The notes: a model not told the origin generated them from the letters alone. 64,000 nucleotides of DNA from Lama guanicoe (GCA_013239625.1 MU053933.1:622001-686000), one strand, 5' to 3'; shown: positions 39,441 to 52,210, counted from the first letter of the stretch. A program made the numbers and translations.

Positions 39441-41090
39441 AAAAATAATCCAAAAAAAAAAAAAAAGCACAAAGGTAAAGAAGTTGATGAAGTAGCTAAC
39501 AGAAAAAGAATGGAATTAAGTAATAAAATCTCAGTTCTTTTAAAAAATAAAACATGCAAACCACTAGCTAATGTAATCAAGAAAACAGAAGAATAAAAAA
39601 GGGAAAAATCCAAATAAACGTAAGAACTGACAAAGAGGAAGCACCCACTGAAATAGAGGAGACTTTAAAAACTATAAGGGGCTGCTCTGAATAACTATAT
39701 GCAACTAAGTTTGAAAATCTAGATGAAACAGATACCTTCCTAGGAATATCACACTTTACCAAAATTACTCCAGTAATAAAACTCACATCAACCCCAGAGG
39801 AAACAGGGCACCTCATCAAGGAATGAATCTACAAAACTCTGCACGGTCTCACGGGGAAGTTCTGACAAAGCTGTGAATACCCGATAGCCCCAGAGCCACA
39901 CAAACTGCTCCAGGGAAAGAAAAACAAAGGAAGGTGCCCAAATCCACACTCGAAAGATTAACTCAGAATGTGTCGTAAACCCACAATGTAAGAGCTAAAC
40001 CTATGAAACCTCTTGAAAAAAAATATCATAGAATATCTTTGTGGCCTTGATGAGGCAAAAACTGTTTCAGCTAGGACACAAAGTGTGAACTCATAAAAGG
40101 AAAGTGGAAACATCGGTCTTCTTCAGAATTAAAAACAGCTGCTCTCTGAAAGACACTGAAGGCAATGGAAAGGCAAGCGGCAGATGGGGAGAAGGTCCCC
40201 GCGCAGCATGTGTCTGACCAAGGGCTTGTGGATCGGAGGGAGAGCCCTCACAAGCCAACACAAAGAAGGCAAAACACCTGCCAAAGAGCAGGGGAAAGAT
40301 TTGAATACACGCTTCACCAGAGAGAAAAGTTTAGACAGAGACAACCCCTGGAAAGATGCTCCACGCCTTTACTTGTCAGAGAAATGTCAATTCCAGTGAA
40401 GAGGACGTGCCGCCACGCACGCCAGCAGGGCTCCAGTGTCACAGCCGACAGTGTCGTGCTGGGGACGGTGCGGGGACATCAGGAATTCTCGGGCTTTGTT
40501 GGTGGGGAGGCAAAAAGGTGCAACCACTTGAACAATTTGTCAGATTCTTCTAAAGTTCAGCAGAGCCCTTGCCGTGGGACCCAGCAAGGCTACCTAGCAG
40601 ACAGTCACCTGAGACGGGCATTCGCCCAGCCCACCCCAGACCCACGTGCTCGCCCACCGCAGCCTGGCTCGTTCACGGTGAGGCCCTGGGAGCAGCCCGG
40701 ACGCCCATCCCCTGGGCACACAGACTCCTACTCAGCGAGAGACAGGCGTGGACGCCCGCGTGTGCCTCAGAGTGACGCACTGAGTAAAAGAACGCAGGTG
40801 CAGGGGACCGCACGCTACGTGACTAAACTTACAGAAAACTCTAGAAGAGGCAAAACCACAGCCAAAGGAAGCAGATCATGAGTTCCTCGGGGCTGGAGGT
40901 GGGAGGCGGACATTGGCTACAAAAGGGCACGAGAGAATGTTTCTGGAGGGGAGGTTGAAGCTGTCTCATATCTCATACTACCATTGTGGTAGCGACAGCA
41001 TACATTTTCCAAAACTCACTGAACTGAATCACTTCAAGTCAGCAATTACACTTCTCGAATTATACTTCAATAAAGCTAATTAAAAAACCA
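38400..41090 (+). mobile_element. Old L1 fragments with a short antisense L1 3'-end insert (~39030-39150)
   Basis: Degenerate ORF2 words (tttgaaaatctagatgaaa, gatttgaatacacgcttcacc), 3' end tatacttcaataaag; insert flanked by tggaaattta. Confidence 0.7.
39382..39466 (+). repeat. A57 homopolymer followed by a second A15 run
   Basis: ataatcc-A57-g-aaaaa-ataatcc-A15. Confidence 0.9.
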
Positions 41091-41159
41091 TAAAGCCTCA
41101 AGAGGTAACCATCACCATGATCAGTATTACTGGTGGAAGACTGATTAACAGAAGGGTGA

Positions 41160-41520
41160 TGCTATGACCGAATTGTGCCCCCAAATTCACCCGCTGAAGC
41201 CCCAACCCTCAGTGTGACCGTATTTGGAGATGGGGCCTCTAGGGACGTAATTAAGCTTAAACAAGGTCATAAGGGCCTTGACTTCTTAAGATCAGTCCTT
41301 CCAAGAAGGAAGAGGAAGAGGGACAAGAGCTTTCTCTCTGACTCTCTCTCTGTCAGTCTCTCTCTCTGTCTCTCTGTCTCTCTGTCTCTGTCTGTCTCAG
41401 TGTCTCTGTCTCTGTCTCTTTCTCTCTGTCTCTCTCTCTCCCCAGGTACACGCATCAAGCAAAGGCCAGGTGAGGACACAGCCAGAGGGCGGCTGTCTTC
41501 AAGCCGGGAAGAGAGCCCTT
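41160..41520 (+). mobile_element. MaLR LTR (MLT1A-like) with internal (CT/CTGT)n tract
   Basis: tgctatg...ccccaaattc...tgtgaccgtatttggagatggggcct...gtgaggacacagc; simple repeat 41331-41440. Confidence 0.7.
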
Positions 41521-41717
41521 TCTAACTTCCTGAGCTGCAACACCAAATACAGCATCTCTGCTTTGTGAACCTGCGTCAGTGAATTCGGCCTGGTCCGGCT
41601 GTGTAAGTTTAGGAACTAAGAGTAGTTATCGGGGCCAGTCTTTGGACATTAGGCGGTTACCTTCGGTCAGAAGGCAAATTTCCGCTGCTGGCAGAGGCAG
41701 GGCGTCTGTTCCCAGGG

Positions 41718-41736
41718 TGGCCCGCAGAGGGCGCCA
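41718..41736 (+). promoter_or_regulatory. CTCF-binding motif (forward orientation)
   Basis: TGGCCCGCAGAGGGCGCCA in a small CpG-containing patch. Confidence 0.6.
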
Positions 41737-41884
41737 GAGGCCAGACACAGCCACGTGAGCATCCCGGGCCCGGAGAGGGTCTTTACGGGGAATCGCCTTG
41801 GGCGCGTTTTTACGGAGGCTGATAGAGCCGTCCGCCTCTCCTCAAAGACACATTTCTGACTGTGCTAAATTAAGGTCGGGTACG

Positions 41885-42410
41885 GATTGAGCGCTGAGCT
41901 CCCTTGGGATCACAGAATATTAATACGGAAGCTGCCGCTCCAGGGACCTCATGGAAACCTGGTCTCCCAGCCTGGAGCAACGGCAGCAGCGGTCCCTCCC
42001 TGATACCTGGATACGGGTCAGCACATCTGTGTCTGAGCTGCCAGAGAGGCCCGGCCGGGCTGGGGCGGGGATCGCGGCCCTTTAAACAGTGAAACCCAAG
42101 CACAGGGGGAGAGCCGTCTAGGGCCCTGAGTGCAGGGCGGCTGGGACGTGCCCTCCGGAGAAAACACGTGTTCAGGTGAGCGTCAGTCAGGAGTGAGTAC
42201 AGGGCTGCCTGCCTGAGTTCAATGTTAACGAAACAACAATTTAGACTAAATAAGTTGTCTTTAAACAGAGTCACACATCAAGCAAGGTCACATGTTCATC
42301 GGTTGACGAAATTGGCCAAGAGACGGTCGGACACCTAGCCCTGCCTTTCCCCCATCACAGTGGTTCAGTATTTGCTAATTCAGGGTTGATGAGCTCACAG
42401 AATAACTGGA
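41885..42410. mobile_element. TcMar-Tigger DNA transposon relic (MER6-like), approximate
   Basis: gagttcaatgttaa...gtctttaaacag...atcggttgacgaaa...tggttcagtatttgctaattcag matches recalled MER6 sequence. Confidence 0.5.
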
Positions 42411-43815
42411 CAGAGAGGATTCTAAGGGAGGAGGAGGAGGGGTGGAGGAGGGGAGGGGGAGGGGCACTAAGGGCAGAGGTGAGGTGGGTAGGGGAGGGGG
42501 AGGGGTGGGCAATGAGAAGAGAATTCCTGGAGAAAAACTCCGGGCTCCTGCACCCAGAGGTCAGCGGGCACCATGTGCCTGCTCACAGCCGGGGAACAGG
42601 GGGCTTGAAGCCAGGAGTTTCCGCCAGCCCTTCGTGTCCAGGAGGAGGGCCAGAATAACTCACGTGTCCAAGACCCTTTCCCAAACACACAAATGTGGGG
42701 TCCTGGCTTGGCTCTACGAGGCAGGGCTGACTCAGGAACATGCACCCTGCACAGCAAGGACAAACTAGAGAGGGGACACGCACCCAGTGATGGATCAATC
42801 CACAGATGTCGAGTCTGTCTCCCCCAGCCACTGGCCTTGAGTGTTTCAGAGCCCGTGTTCCAACAAGAAATGCTGTTTTACGGAGCTTCTGCGTTCATTG
42901 TTGGCAAGATAAAGACCCAACAGGGGCATGAGGCCATATGGGGGCCCCTTCTCAAAATAGGGGTCCTGAGAGGTGATGTGGGGCCAAGACCCTTCCATGA
43001 AGAAGCAATTTTTAAAATCCCCACTTTCAGTGCAAAGCCAGTGCCGCTGGTACCTCCCCCACCCCGAAGGAGAGGGCTTGGATTTCCAGGATGCTGGGTG
43101 CACCCAGGCTGGACCAGGAGTCAGGGGAGAGGCAGAGGCCACAAAAAGGCTGGCCTGGGGTCACCCTCCCCACACTCCCACTCCTGAGCTACAAATGCCT
43201 TCACCAAGATGCTGGAAACACCTTTCACACAAGGACCTTCCCCCAAGCTGCGTAAAAGCCTTGATGAGAGCTGTCAGCCTCCCCTCCGGAAGAGTTTCTC
43301 CTGGCTGCACGTTGCCGCAGCTGCCAGGGGAGAAGGCGTGGGAGCAAGTGCCCAGGAGCATTTGGAGCTAACCTAGCCCAGGGCCCTCACCTGTGGGAGA
43401 GATGCTCGGCCACCTTGTGCTCGTTTTAATAGCAGGTGTTCTGTGAGGCATTCGGTAGGAGTAAAGCAGCTTCGTAATTGCAATGTGAAATGGTGTGTTG
43501 CTCCAGTAGGTTTTTAGGGCTAAAGTCATTTCAGTTTTTATACAAACGACTGGGCTTGGGAGTTATAAAGTGGTGGTGGATCCTGAAATTTCTCACGTGC
43601 GATGCCTTATTGCTGCCACAGTGGCCTGAACATACTAGAACTCTTGCTCTCGTAGCAAATGAAAGAGTATTAAGTTACACTCACTCTCACACCTGCACAC
43701 AGGCTCCTCACACCCCCCCACCCCCCCACACCCACCCCCCCCACACACACACTGCCATTGCCACCTCTGTGTCAATGAAGCCAAGATGAAATTTTAGCAG
43801 ATTGTAAGAGTTTTC

Positions 43816-43821
43816 TTTATT
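43816..43821 (-). terminator. TFF2: TFF2 polyadenylation signal AATAAA
   Basis: tttatt on +, ~130 nt after the TFF2 stop. Confidence 0.85.
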
Positions 43822-43953
43822 CAAAGAATTTGTCTGTTAAACCACTGAGAAGGAGAAAAAGCAGTTGAAGACAATCCAAGGGCTCAGGAGCCATGAAGTC
43901 TGAAGCTGCAGGCCGGCGTGTATTCTCCTGCTGCAGGGCCTGCAAGGAGCCTC

Positions 43954-43967
43954 CTAATAATGACAGT
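43954..43967 (-). CDS. TFF2: TFF2 exon 4, (D)CHY*
   Basis: ttccag|AC TGT CAT TAT TAG. Confidence 0.93.
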
Positions 43968-44826
43968 CTGGAATTGAAATGGGAGACGGTGGGTGAGGAC
44001 CACAGGGAGCGGGGAGCCTGCGCTAAGAGTCTGCGGGTCCGCGCGACCACGGCCCTTACTCCCGCCGACCCCACCAGAGAAGGAGCTGCCGGGGGACACG
44101 GTCCCCTGGGGCCGGGTGCCATTCTCCCCAGTTAACTGGTAACTTTCCAGGTAGACCCTTAGGTCACACACAAAGAATCACTTGGATATTTCTGAGCCAC
44201 AGCTGTGCTCTTCGGAACATCCTGATTTCCTAACTGTGGAGTGGCGTCCTTCAAGGTCAGTGCTCTCTGCCCGTCTTTTGGAAATACCGGGTCTCTCCTG
44301 GCCCTACCAAACTCGGTGTCAGGGACACACTGCAACTAAGGGCGTCGGAGAGATGGGCCTCCAGGGACTGGCGCTGGGGTGGGACCTCTTGTCACGGGGG
44401 ACAGCAGCGCGGTCCACGAGGGGAAGGACCACATCTGCTTTCCCCGAGTCCCGCCCCAGGGCCCAGCACAGCCCCTGACGTTCAGGAGCTCCAAAAGTAG
44501 TGATGCCACCAGCGGCGGGGTGCAGGGGCATGGCAGAGGACGAGGAGCTTTTACGAGGCCGAGTCACAGGAGACATAATGAGGAGGCCCGCGGCTTTGAC
44601 TTGTTAAAAAGCTGTCATTTTCGGGAACTTTCTGGACTTGCCTTCAGAGCTGGTTCCCAGTAAAGGCAGGTTTCCACGTCAGGGGGGATGTTTTTCCTGC
44701 ACTGGCTGCCGCCGGGTTCAGGCACCGGGCCTGGGGGGCAGCAGGCCTCCTGTCCGGCCCGACACCTCCCCACCCCAGCTCCCCCCTCCCCCGAGACCCA
44801 TCTGTGCCCGGGGGGCCTGACGTCAC

Positions 44827-44973
44827 CTTCCACGGAGAGCGGGAAGAAGCACCAGGGCACGTCCCGGATGGCGTCGGAGAAGCAGCACTCCCGAACCGTG
44901 CAGTTCTCGGGGCTGATGCCCGGGAAGCCGCAGTCCTTGCGGGCGGAGACCTCCATGACGCACTCCTCCAACT
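44827..44973 (-). CDS. TFF2: TFF2 exon 3, trefoil domain 2
   Basis: (E)LEECVMEVSARKDCGFPGISPENCTVRECCFSDAIRDVPWCFFPLSVE; phase 1-1. Confidence 0.97.
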
Positions 44974-45621
44974 CTGCCGCAGGGCGCCGGTTTGGGAACA
45001 GCACGGGGACGCGGTTAGGCCGGCTGGCTCCCCAGACGCATCTGCTCCCTCCTCCCAGGGGAGCGCCGCTGGGCTCCCGGGCTGGGGGGCGGGGCTCGGG
45101 GGCGTCCCGGATGGTCACCCCGGGATTAAGCGTGAGCACCGCGAGGGGCCACCCCCTCCTCCCGACAGAGGCCAAAGGTCAGGAGAGCTGGCATCCCAGG
45201 GCCTTGGGACAGTCGCTTCGCCTCCCTGGACTAGACATTGCTCTGTGAAGTGGGCGGCCCGCTGTCACCCCTGGGAGGACCCTGTAAGGATGTGAAGCAT
45301 TTGACCAAAGTATTGCAACAATGCTTCCACTACTCGGAGAGCCCCGGCCGTGACCGGCCCTGCAACCAGCCGCTGGTCTTGGGTCCCCCCGAGCCTGGGC
45401 GCCTCTGAGCCGCGTTCCTGGAGCCAGCAAGTGGACAGGAGGCTGCGGGGCCCGAGCTCCACACACGCTTTTTTGTGTGTAACCCTTGGAATCAGTGACT
45501 TTCCAACTTGATAATGTGCACAAATATAAAGCTCATCCTGAAGTGGTAACCCTAGAACTTACAGGAACTTAATTCCTTAACATCTGGAGTCTGTGTGCAG
45601 CTGTGTTAATATTTTCCTGGT

Positions 45622-45772
45622 GGGGGAAAGGTCTAGCTCAGTGGTAGAGTGTGCTCGGCATCCACGAGGTCCTGGGTTCAATCCCAGGACCTCCGTTAAA
45701 AAAAATAATAATAAAAATAAATAAATAAATGAACCTGATTACCTCCCCCCCCCCCCCCCAGAACAGAAAGAA
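45622..45772 (+). mobile_element. tRNA-derived SINE (vic-1-like) in TFF2 intron 2
   Basis: tagctcagtggtagag...gggttcaatccc head, A-rich tail, attacctcccc 3' segment shared with the 4045 copy. Confidence 0.85.
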
Positions 45773-45985
45773 ACACTGTCCTGGCTGACACCTTCATGTC
45801 CCTTAGAGGCTTTTTCAGGAACTACACCTTAACAGCCAAGAGGGGCTTGAGAATTGTTTTTTCCTCAAATATAGTAAACCATTGGTCCCCACAAGTCTGC
45901 GGGAAGGGCAAACAGCTGACCCTTGGGGTCCGGTGTGGACGTGGGGGCCGGGGGCACAGGAGGGGCCCGGCTGTCTGGCGCGTAC

Positions 45986-46135
45986 CTTGCTTTGGGAGGG
46001 GCTCGAAGCACCAGGGGACCCCGGGGACGTCGGAGTCGTAACAGCAGCCCCTGGTGAAGCACTGGTCGCTGGAGATGCCGGGGAAGCCGCAGTTCTCCCG
46101 GTTGGCAGGGCTGATGCGGGAGCACTGGCAGGGGT
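45986..46135 (-). CDS. TFF2: TFF2 exon 2, trefoil domain 1
   Basis: (D)[49 protein letters not shown]; cgcag acceptor, gtacgc donor. Confidence 0.97.
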
Positions 46136-46729
46136 CTGCGGGGACGCGCGTCAGCCAGCCCGCCCTCGGCTTGGCGGGGTGCTCCCTCCCTGGGACGGGC
46201 GGCTCCCGTGTGTGAACCGCGCAATGTCCTTCAGCTGACTGGGCTCAGCCGAAGGTGACTTATTTGTTAAAACCCAACAAACGAAAATCCCTTCTAGTAA
46301 GAGGGGTGGACAGGTGGACTCAGCCAAGGTCAGGGTGCAAGCGAGCCAGGCAGGCCCTCCAGGAGCCCGTCCTCGGGCTGGTGCACCCACACCTGCGGCT
46401 GACCTTCCCAAAGGGGCCTTCCTGGGAGGCCCCACCCCCGCCCCCAGCCCCCATCCCACTGTCCTCCTGGAAGGGCGCCAGAGCAGGTGAGCGTGAGCGA
46501 GCTCTGGCTATGTGGCCAGCATCCCAAATCTTAGAATGCCTTCCCAGCGGCTTCCCCTCTCAACCTGCCTTTTTTCTGTGAGGGAACCCAACGTGAATAG
46601 AGACCCACTGTGGGGCAGGAAGGAGGCCCTCATGTGCCCCCACCGCGCCCCCGGCGCTCGGGCCACTGGAAGCCTCTGGGCTCACTGGCCCCAGCGCTTC
46701 TGGCCGCGAGACCCCGGGCCTTCACTCAC

Positions 46730-46808
46730 CAGGCTTCTGGGCCCCGGCCGGGGCACTCAGCCCCAGCGCGAGCAGCACCGCCAGGAGCCCCGCACCGCGG
46801 GGTCCCAT
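46730..46808 (-). CDS. TFF2: TFF2 exon 1, signal peptide
   Basis: MGPRGAGLLAVLLALGLSAPAGAQKP G|gtgagt; spliced CDS 79+150+147+14=390 nt, 129 aa. Confidence 0.95.
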
Positions 46809-46878
46809 GTCCACGCTCAGCTGCTCCCCCAGGGCCGCCTGCAGAGAGCGCAGTCCCCAGTCCCCACTGCCTGGGGTG

Positions 46879-47195
46879 TTTTATAAGCTTCTCTCTGTTT
46901 GCTCAGCAAGCAAGATAACCCCCTCTCTCCCCGCGCCACCAGCGTGTCGGGGCCTTTGTTAGGAAAAGGAGCTGAGATGGCTCTGCCGGGAGGCCAAGCG
47001 GTGACAGGGCAGGGAGGCTTCCGGGCCGGGGGCGCTGACCTCCCCGCAAGCGCACAGCCAGGCCTCCCTCGACCCGGGCGGGGAGCCGGGTCGTGCCAAG
47101 GTGCCAACGTGGAGGACAGGCCACGTGGGCGTCTGGCGCTGGGCACTGGCACAGTTACACCCAGGAAGGGATAAGGCCTGTATTTCTCCTGATAA
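46879..47195 (-). promoter_or_regulatory. TFF2: TFF2 proximal promoter: TATAAAA, FOXA motif, GATA sites, E-box
   Basis: ttttata 46879-46885; tgtttgc 46896-46902; agataa 46913-46918; cacgtg 47122-47127; tgataa 47190-47195. Confidence 0.75.
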
Positions 47196-48249
47196 AGTAC
47201 GTGGCTAACAGAGGAATGTTTGCCATATTGGGCCTAAGCCTACTGCGGACAATGCCAGGAACCGTGGACCCCCCTCCAAGCCCCTCGTCTGTATTTCCTT
47301 GTCTCCGTCTTGGGGAGGGGGGCACTCTCCATGGAGATGAGGCTGACCGGGGAAAGACACAGCCCTGGATGAGTGTAAAAGTATCAAGTTAACTTCGGCA
47401 AACCCTGAAGTTTGTCATTTTTTCCCTCTGTGGAAACTGTCTGTGTTTATTAAAAGATGGTGTCTGTGAACCAGCCCGTGCCTGGGGAGAAGGTGCTCTG
47501 TGGAAGGGTGTCTGCGGACCCAGAGAGAGAAAGGAAAAGCAGAGAGGAGACACCCAAGGGACAAGAGGACCGTAAACCACGCCCCCAAACCCCACCAGCG
47601 AGGGGCTTACTGGAGCCACCAGTCTGTCACGCTGGGCTCAAGCTTCCGGGAACCCAGAGATGTTTGGTACCCAAAACCCGGGGTCTCTGGGTTCTGGAGA
47701 GCAGGCCTCTGTGCTCAGGGCTTCTGCCAGCTCCAGCCCCAGCCCCTCCAGACCAGTGAGTGACCATCAGGACTTGGCAAACCTTGGAAAAGTCACCCTT
47801 CCCTGTCCTGTGTCCCTGTCACCCCGTATCTTCCCTGAGATGCCTCCCTTGCCCAGGTGGAGGTGCTCAGGCCCCAGCTAGGACACTATCCACCCATATG
47901 GTGCTTGTGCGCACATTAGAAGAAGGCACATTTTCCTCAAGACAAGTTACTTCCACCTGCAGGGAGGTCCTCACGACAGGTGTGATGTCTACACTGTGAG
48001 TGGCTCCCCAGCTGAATGCGGTTGTGTGCCCAGCACAATCTCTGTGGGTGTATCGGGTGGTCACGCTCCCATCACAGGGGCTCGGGCCGGGGGCTGGACC
48101 TCGACCTTGAGTTCCAATGTCTCACACAGCCTGTGCTCCTTGGAGATGGAGCTGTGACTGGACTATTCTCAGTGCCCCTGCCCCGCTGTCATCCACTGGC
48201 CGTCAGTCTTTTCCTTTGTTAAGTGTTTAGCACTGAGCAGTATAAGCTC

Positions 48250-48880
48250 TCCAAACTGGGGCACAGAGAGAAAAAGGGCTGAAAAAAATTAACAGAACCT
48301 CCGCGACCCGTGATGTGTGTTAGTGTCAGCAGACTAAGTAACATGCGTGCAATTAGGGTACCAGCTGGAGAGGAAGAAATATTTGGGCAAGAAAAAGTAT
48401 TCGAAAAAGTAATGGCCAATGTTTAGGCCAAACTTAATGAAAAATACAAACTCACGTAACCTAGAAGCTCAGTAAACGCAAGAAAAGAAAACCACATCAA
48501 GGCACAGCATGATCGAATTGTTGGAAATAAGTAAGTTTAAAATATTTTTGCAGCAACTGGCAAAAAGACGCTACTTGCAGAGGAGAATTACAAGTGGCCT
48601 CTCAGCTGAAACACTGAGATCTGGACGGCGGCGGAACGACGACTTTAAAGTGCTAAAAGCAACAGAAAACCCTGTCAAGTCAGAATTTTATACTTGCTGA
48701 AAATATCCTTCAAACACAAAGGCAAAATACTTTCTAAAAGTAGATTTTATTTTTTTAGAGCAACTCTAGCAGAATTGAGCAGAAAGGACAGAGATTCCAA
48801 ATACGTTTTTAGACAAACAAAAGCTGAAAGCATGTCACCTGCAAATCTGTCCTCCAAGGGGTCTCCGGAAGGCCGTTCAG
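48250..48880 (+). mobile_element. Old L1 ORF1-like fragment, approximate
   Basis: gaagctcagtaaac, aaaaccacatcaaggcaca, ctttaaagtgctaaaag, aaaatatccttcaaa. Confidence 0.6.
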
Positions 48881-50567
48881 GCTGAGGCTTGGGAGGCCCT
48901 TGCTGCAGGTGCGCGTTCTCCAGGCTGCTGCCCGCGCTCCCCGCCGGGCTGCGTTTACTCAGCGCGTCGTCCGGGCTCTGTGCGCACCTCCCAGTCCAGT
49001 CTCACGGCTTCTCGCTTGGTTTGCTACAGCCATCTCCTGACTAGTCTCTCAGCCACAAAGTTTTGTCCCCATCCAGACAAAAATCTGCTGTCTTAATTAC
49101 CTTTACAAAGTGACAATCTATACAGGTCACTCCCCGCCACTCCTTCGCTCTTCCCAGCCTCAACGGGAAAGACCGAGCATGAGCTTCTTGAGTATGAAAA
49201 GCAAGACCCTTTATGAACTGGCCTCCACGCACCCCATCCTCTTCGATCGCCAGGTCTGCTTCGTAATGTGAGCATCTTGCCCTCTGGACACACCCTGACC
49301 TCTGACCTTTTGGTTGTGTGCCCCCTTCTCTCTGCACTGCCCTTCCCCCAGCTCTTTGGCTTACTGACTCCTGTCTGTCTTTCAGCTCTTAACTCAGAAG
49401 CCCCCTCTTCTGGGAAGGCCTCCTCTGCTTCCCTTGAGAGAAGACAGGTGCCCTTCACCCCTTCTCCTTGCATCCTTCTTTCCCCTGATTCACTGCGCCA
49501 GCAACACCTGCACTCTAAGTGGAGTTTTTCTTTTCTGGTTCCTTTATTAATTAACAAGCCAAGACTGTGGGCCAACTTTGTGCCAGACGAGATTCTAAGA
49601 ATTTCACACACTACACCTCATTTAATCCTTATGACAACCTAAAGGAAGAGCTAAAATGAGATCCCCATTTTATAGTCTACAAGGGCCAGTTTTCCCTGAC
49701 AACACAGAAAGGAAGTGCAGGGCGACATCCAGATACGGACCTATGGCTCATTCATTGTGAATCCCCAGAACTAAACTCAGTGTCTGCACAAACTAGACTT
49801 ACTCAGAGAGGGGGTGTGGGGTGGCGAAACAGGTAACTGACATCCAGGAGATGAGGAGCAGGAGTCGCCCATCACCCAGAGCACCTTCTGGAACTCATGG
49901 CATAATGCCTGGAGGCGGATGCACGGTTAAGGCAAGCATCTCCGCGACTCTGGGCTACTGCTCTCATCTGTAAAAGGAGACGTGGAATGAGGGCTCACTA
50001 AATGCTCTCTGAGGTCTCACACGCCTCGTAAAACCTCGAAAGCAACCTGCCATTGTCATCAGTGGAAAAAGTATTTTTATTACCAACATTTACATGCCCA
50101 GTGTTCCTAAATGTAGAAGGTGGGGCTGAACGACGTGCAAATCCAGTTTGTCTCCAGGTTTCTGGAGTCTGGCTGTGCTCAGCAGCAGAGTGGGTAAATC
50201 CTAGACTCTTAAAGCCCAGGACTTAATTTATCTACATGATAAAGAACATGGCCAAAGCTGGGAGAAGCAATCAACAGTTGAACGGATGCTAATGAGAATT
50301 TGATACAGGGTTTGGAAAGGAATGAAATTAGAGATGTCTTGCTGAGCTGTACTTGAGGATATAATTGTATGGACATAAACTTTAGCATTTTTCAATGTGC
50401 AGTGTAATTCCTCCTTCTGCAACTTTGAGGGGCTTGAGGCAAGATTTACATTCCTTCAAAATGTCTCTTTTGTATCTCTTTCGTGTCTGAATAGGTGCTG
50501 GCCAGTCTTAAAACTTAAAAATACTTAAACCATCTAGTTCACCACGTGTCAAGGAGAAATGACATAG

Positions 50568-50782
50568 GAGGAGCTGGCAAACTATAGCCTGTAAGCTCAT
50601 TGCCTGTGTTGAAATAAAACTTTATTAAAATTCACCCATGGCCACTCATTTACATATCAGCTCGGTGAATTCTGAGCTATGACAGCAGAGGTGATTAACT
50701 GTGGCAGAGACTGTGTGGGGGAGCCACAAAACCTGAAACATTTGCTCTCTGGCCTTTTAAGAAAAAAACCTGCCTGCCCCTG
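50568..50782 (+). mobile_element. hAT-Charlie MITE (MER58-like)
   Basis: ~215 bp; ggcaaacta...aaataaaactttatt...ctctggccttttaagaaaaaa...cccctg; degenerate terminal inverted repeats. Confidence 0.65.
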
Positions 50783-52035
50783 TATTTTAGTCTTAAAACT
50801 TCCTAAAAATGAATTTAAAAAAATAGGAGGGAAATATTTGTACATTACTTTATTTATAAATGGAATGGGACAGAAACAACCTCAGAGCGTTTTCCCTTCT
50901 ACAGTCTGGTCTTGAAAGCGGCATATGTAGAACACCGAAGGCCAGGAGACCCTCCCCACGAGTCTCCCCCGTCTCTGCACGGCTTGTGAAGGAGGCACTG
51001 ACTGTTCAGACGGTGTAGGACCTAAAGTCACAACTGAATGCTAAGTGCTGTCTTGGCGTCCCAAAATTGAGAAGGCCTCCGGTGGCCTGACTGCCAGGTC
51101 TCCTCCCACCCTGCTCCCGCAGATAAGGTCCCTTCGCCAAACAACCCCCTTATCGATGGGCCAGGCACGGTTCCTGCTGGTCCCGAGCAGTGGATTTCAC
51201 CTCCCTGCCAGCCCACAGAGCTACTCAAACAAGCCAGCCCCATCCTCCTGCCGGAGCCAGCGGGCACCCGCCCTCGCGACACTGCGAAGCCTCCTCCCAC
51301 GGCCCCTGGGTGTCCTCTGTCTCCCTGAGTGCGCCCTCCACGTGGCCTGCATGGCGGGACGTCTTCCTCCCCTGGGGTGTGCTATGTGTGGCTCCTAAAC
51401 TGCTGTTGTCCCAGCTGTCCAGCTGTGTTGGGTGTCTCAGTTTTCACCATCCTCAGAGCCTTGAGTGGAAATCCCTCCCTCTCCAATGAGATGAATCGGG
51501 GGCGAACCAAACAGTTCTTCCTCCCAGACGGTCTTTGTACCTTGGAAGGTAGATAAGGTGTCTCTTTCCAGAGCAGAGGGCAGGCACACTTACTGCCCTT
51601 TAAAAGCTTTGGGCCCCTTAAGAGGTCCGGGTTCCTCTCCAGTGTGTGCCGGACACATCTCAGCTCACGCGTGTCACCCCTGGAGGACTTGGGGGCAAAG
51701 GGAACCGACACAAACACTCTGACTCTTACGCAGCTTGCTCTGCGATGAGTAACGGAGTCCTTTATCTCTGAACCAGCCGTCTCCTGTCCTCTGCCGGCAC
51801 CTGTGAAGCTCTGAGCTTGCAAGCAAGGGAAACTCTCAGCTCTTCTGATGAACTAGGTCAGATGAAGTGTAGAAAAATCCCTTCAGTGTCTGCCTTTGGC
51901 ACAGATGTTCCCCACTTTTTAGTTTTGCTCGACCTCGCTGTACCACATACGTATGTAGGTACACGTGCTTCCGCCTAACTTAATCTGTTCGCTACTTTCA
52001 AAACGTCCAGCTCAGGGCAATATTAAGAACCTTTA

Positions 52036-52210
52036 GGGGGAGGGTGGAGCTCAGTGGTAGAACGTGCGCTTAGCATGCACGAGGTCCTGGGTTCAATCCC
52101 CAGTGCCTCCATTAAATAAATAAAGAAATAAACGAATAAACAAACCTAATTTACCCCCTGAAAAAGATAAAAAGGAAAAGAACATGCTTTTTTTTTTTTT
52201 TTAAAAAAAA
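52036..52210 (+). mobile_element. tRNA-derived SINE (vic-1-like)
   Basis: Same head; approximate TSD aagaacc(t/a)tta on both sides. Confidence 0.87.

Noticed and set aside
40165..40881. 238-aa ORF
   Set aside because: Lies in a degenerate L1 ORF2/3' region; not an intact gene.
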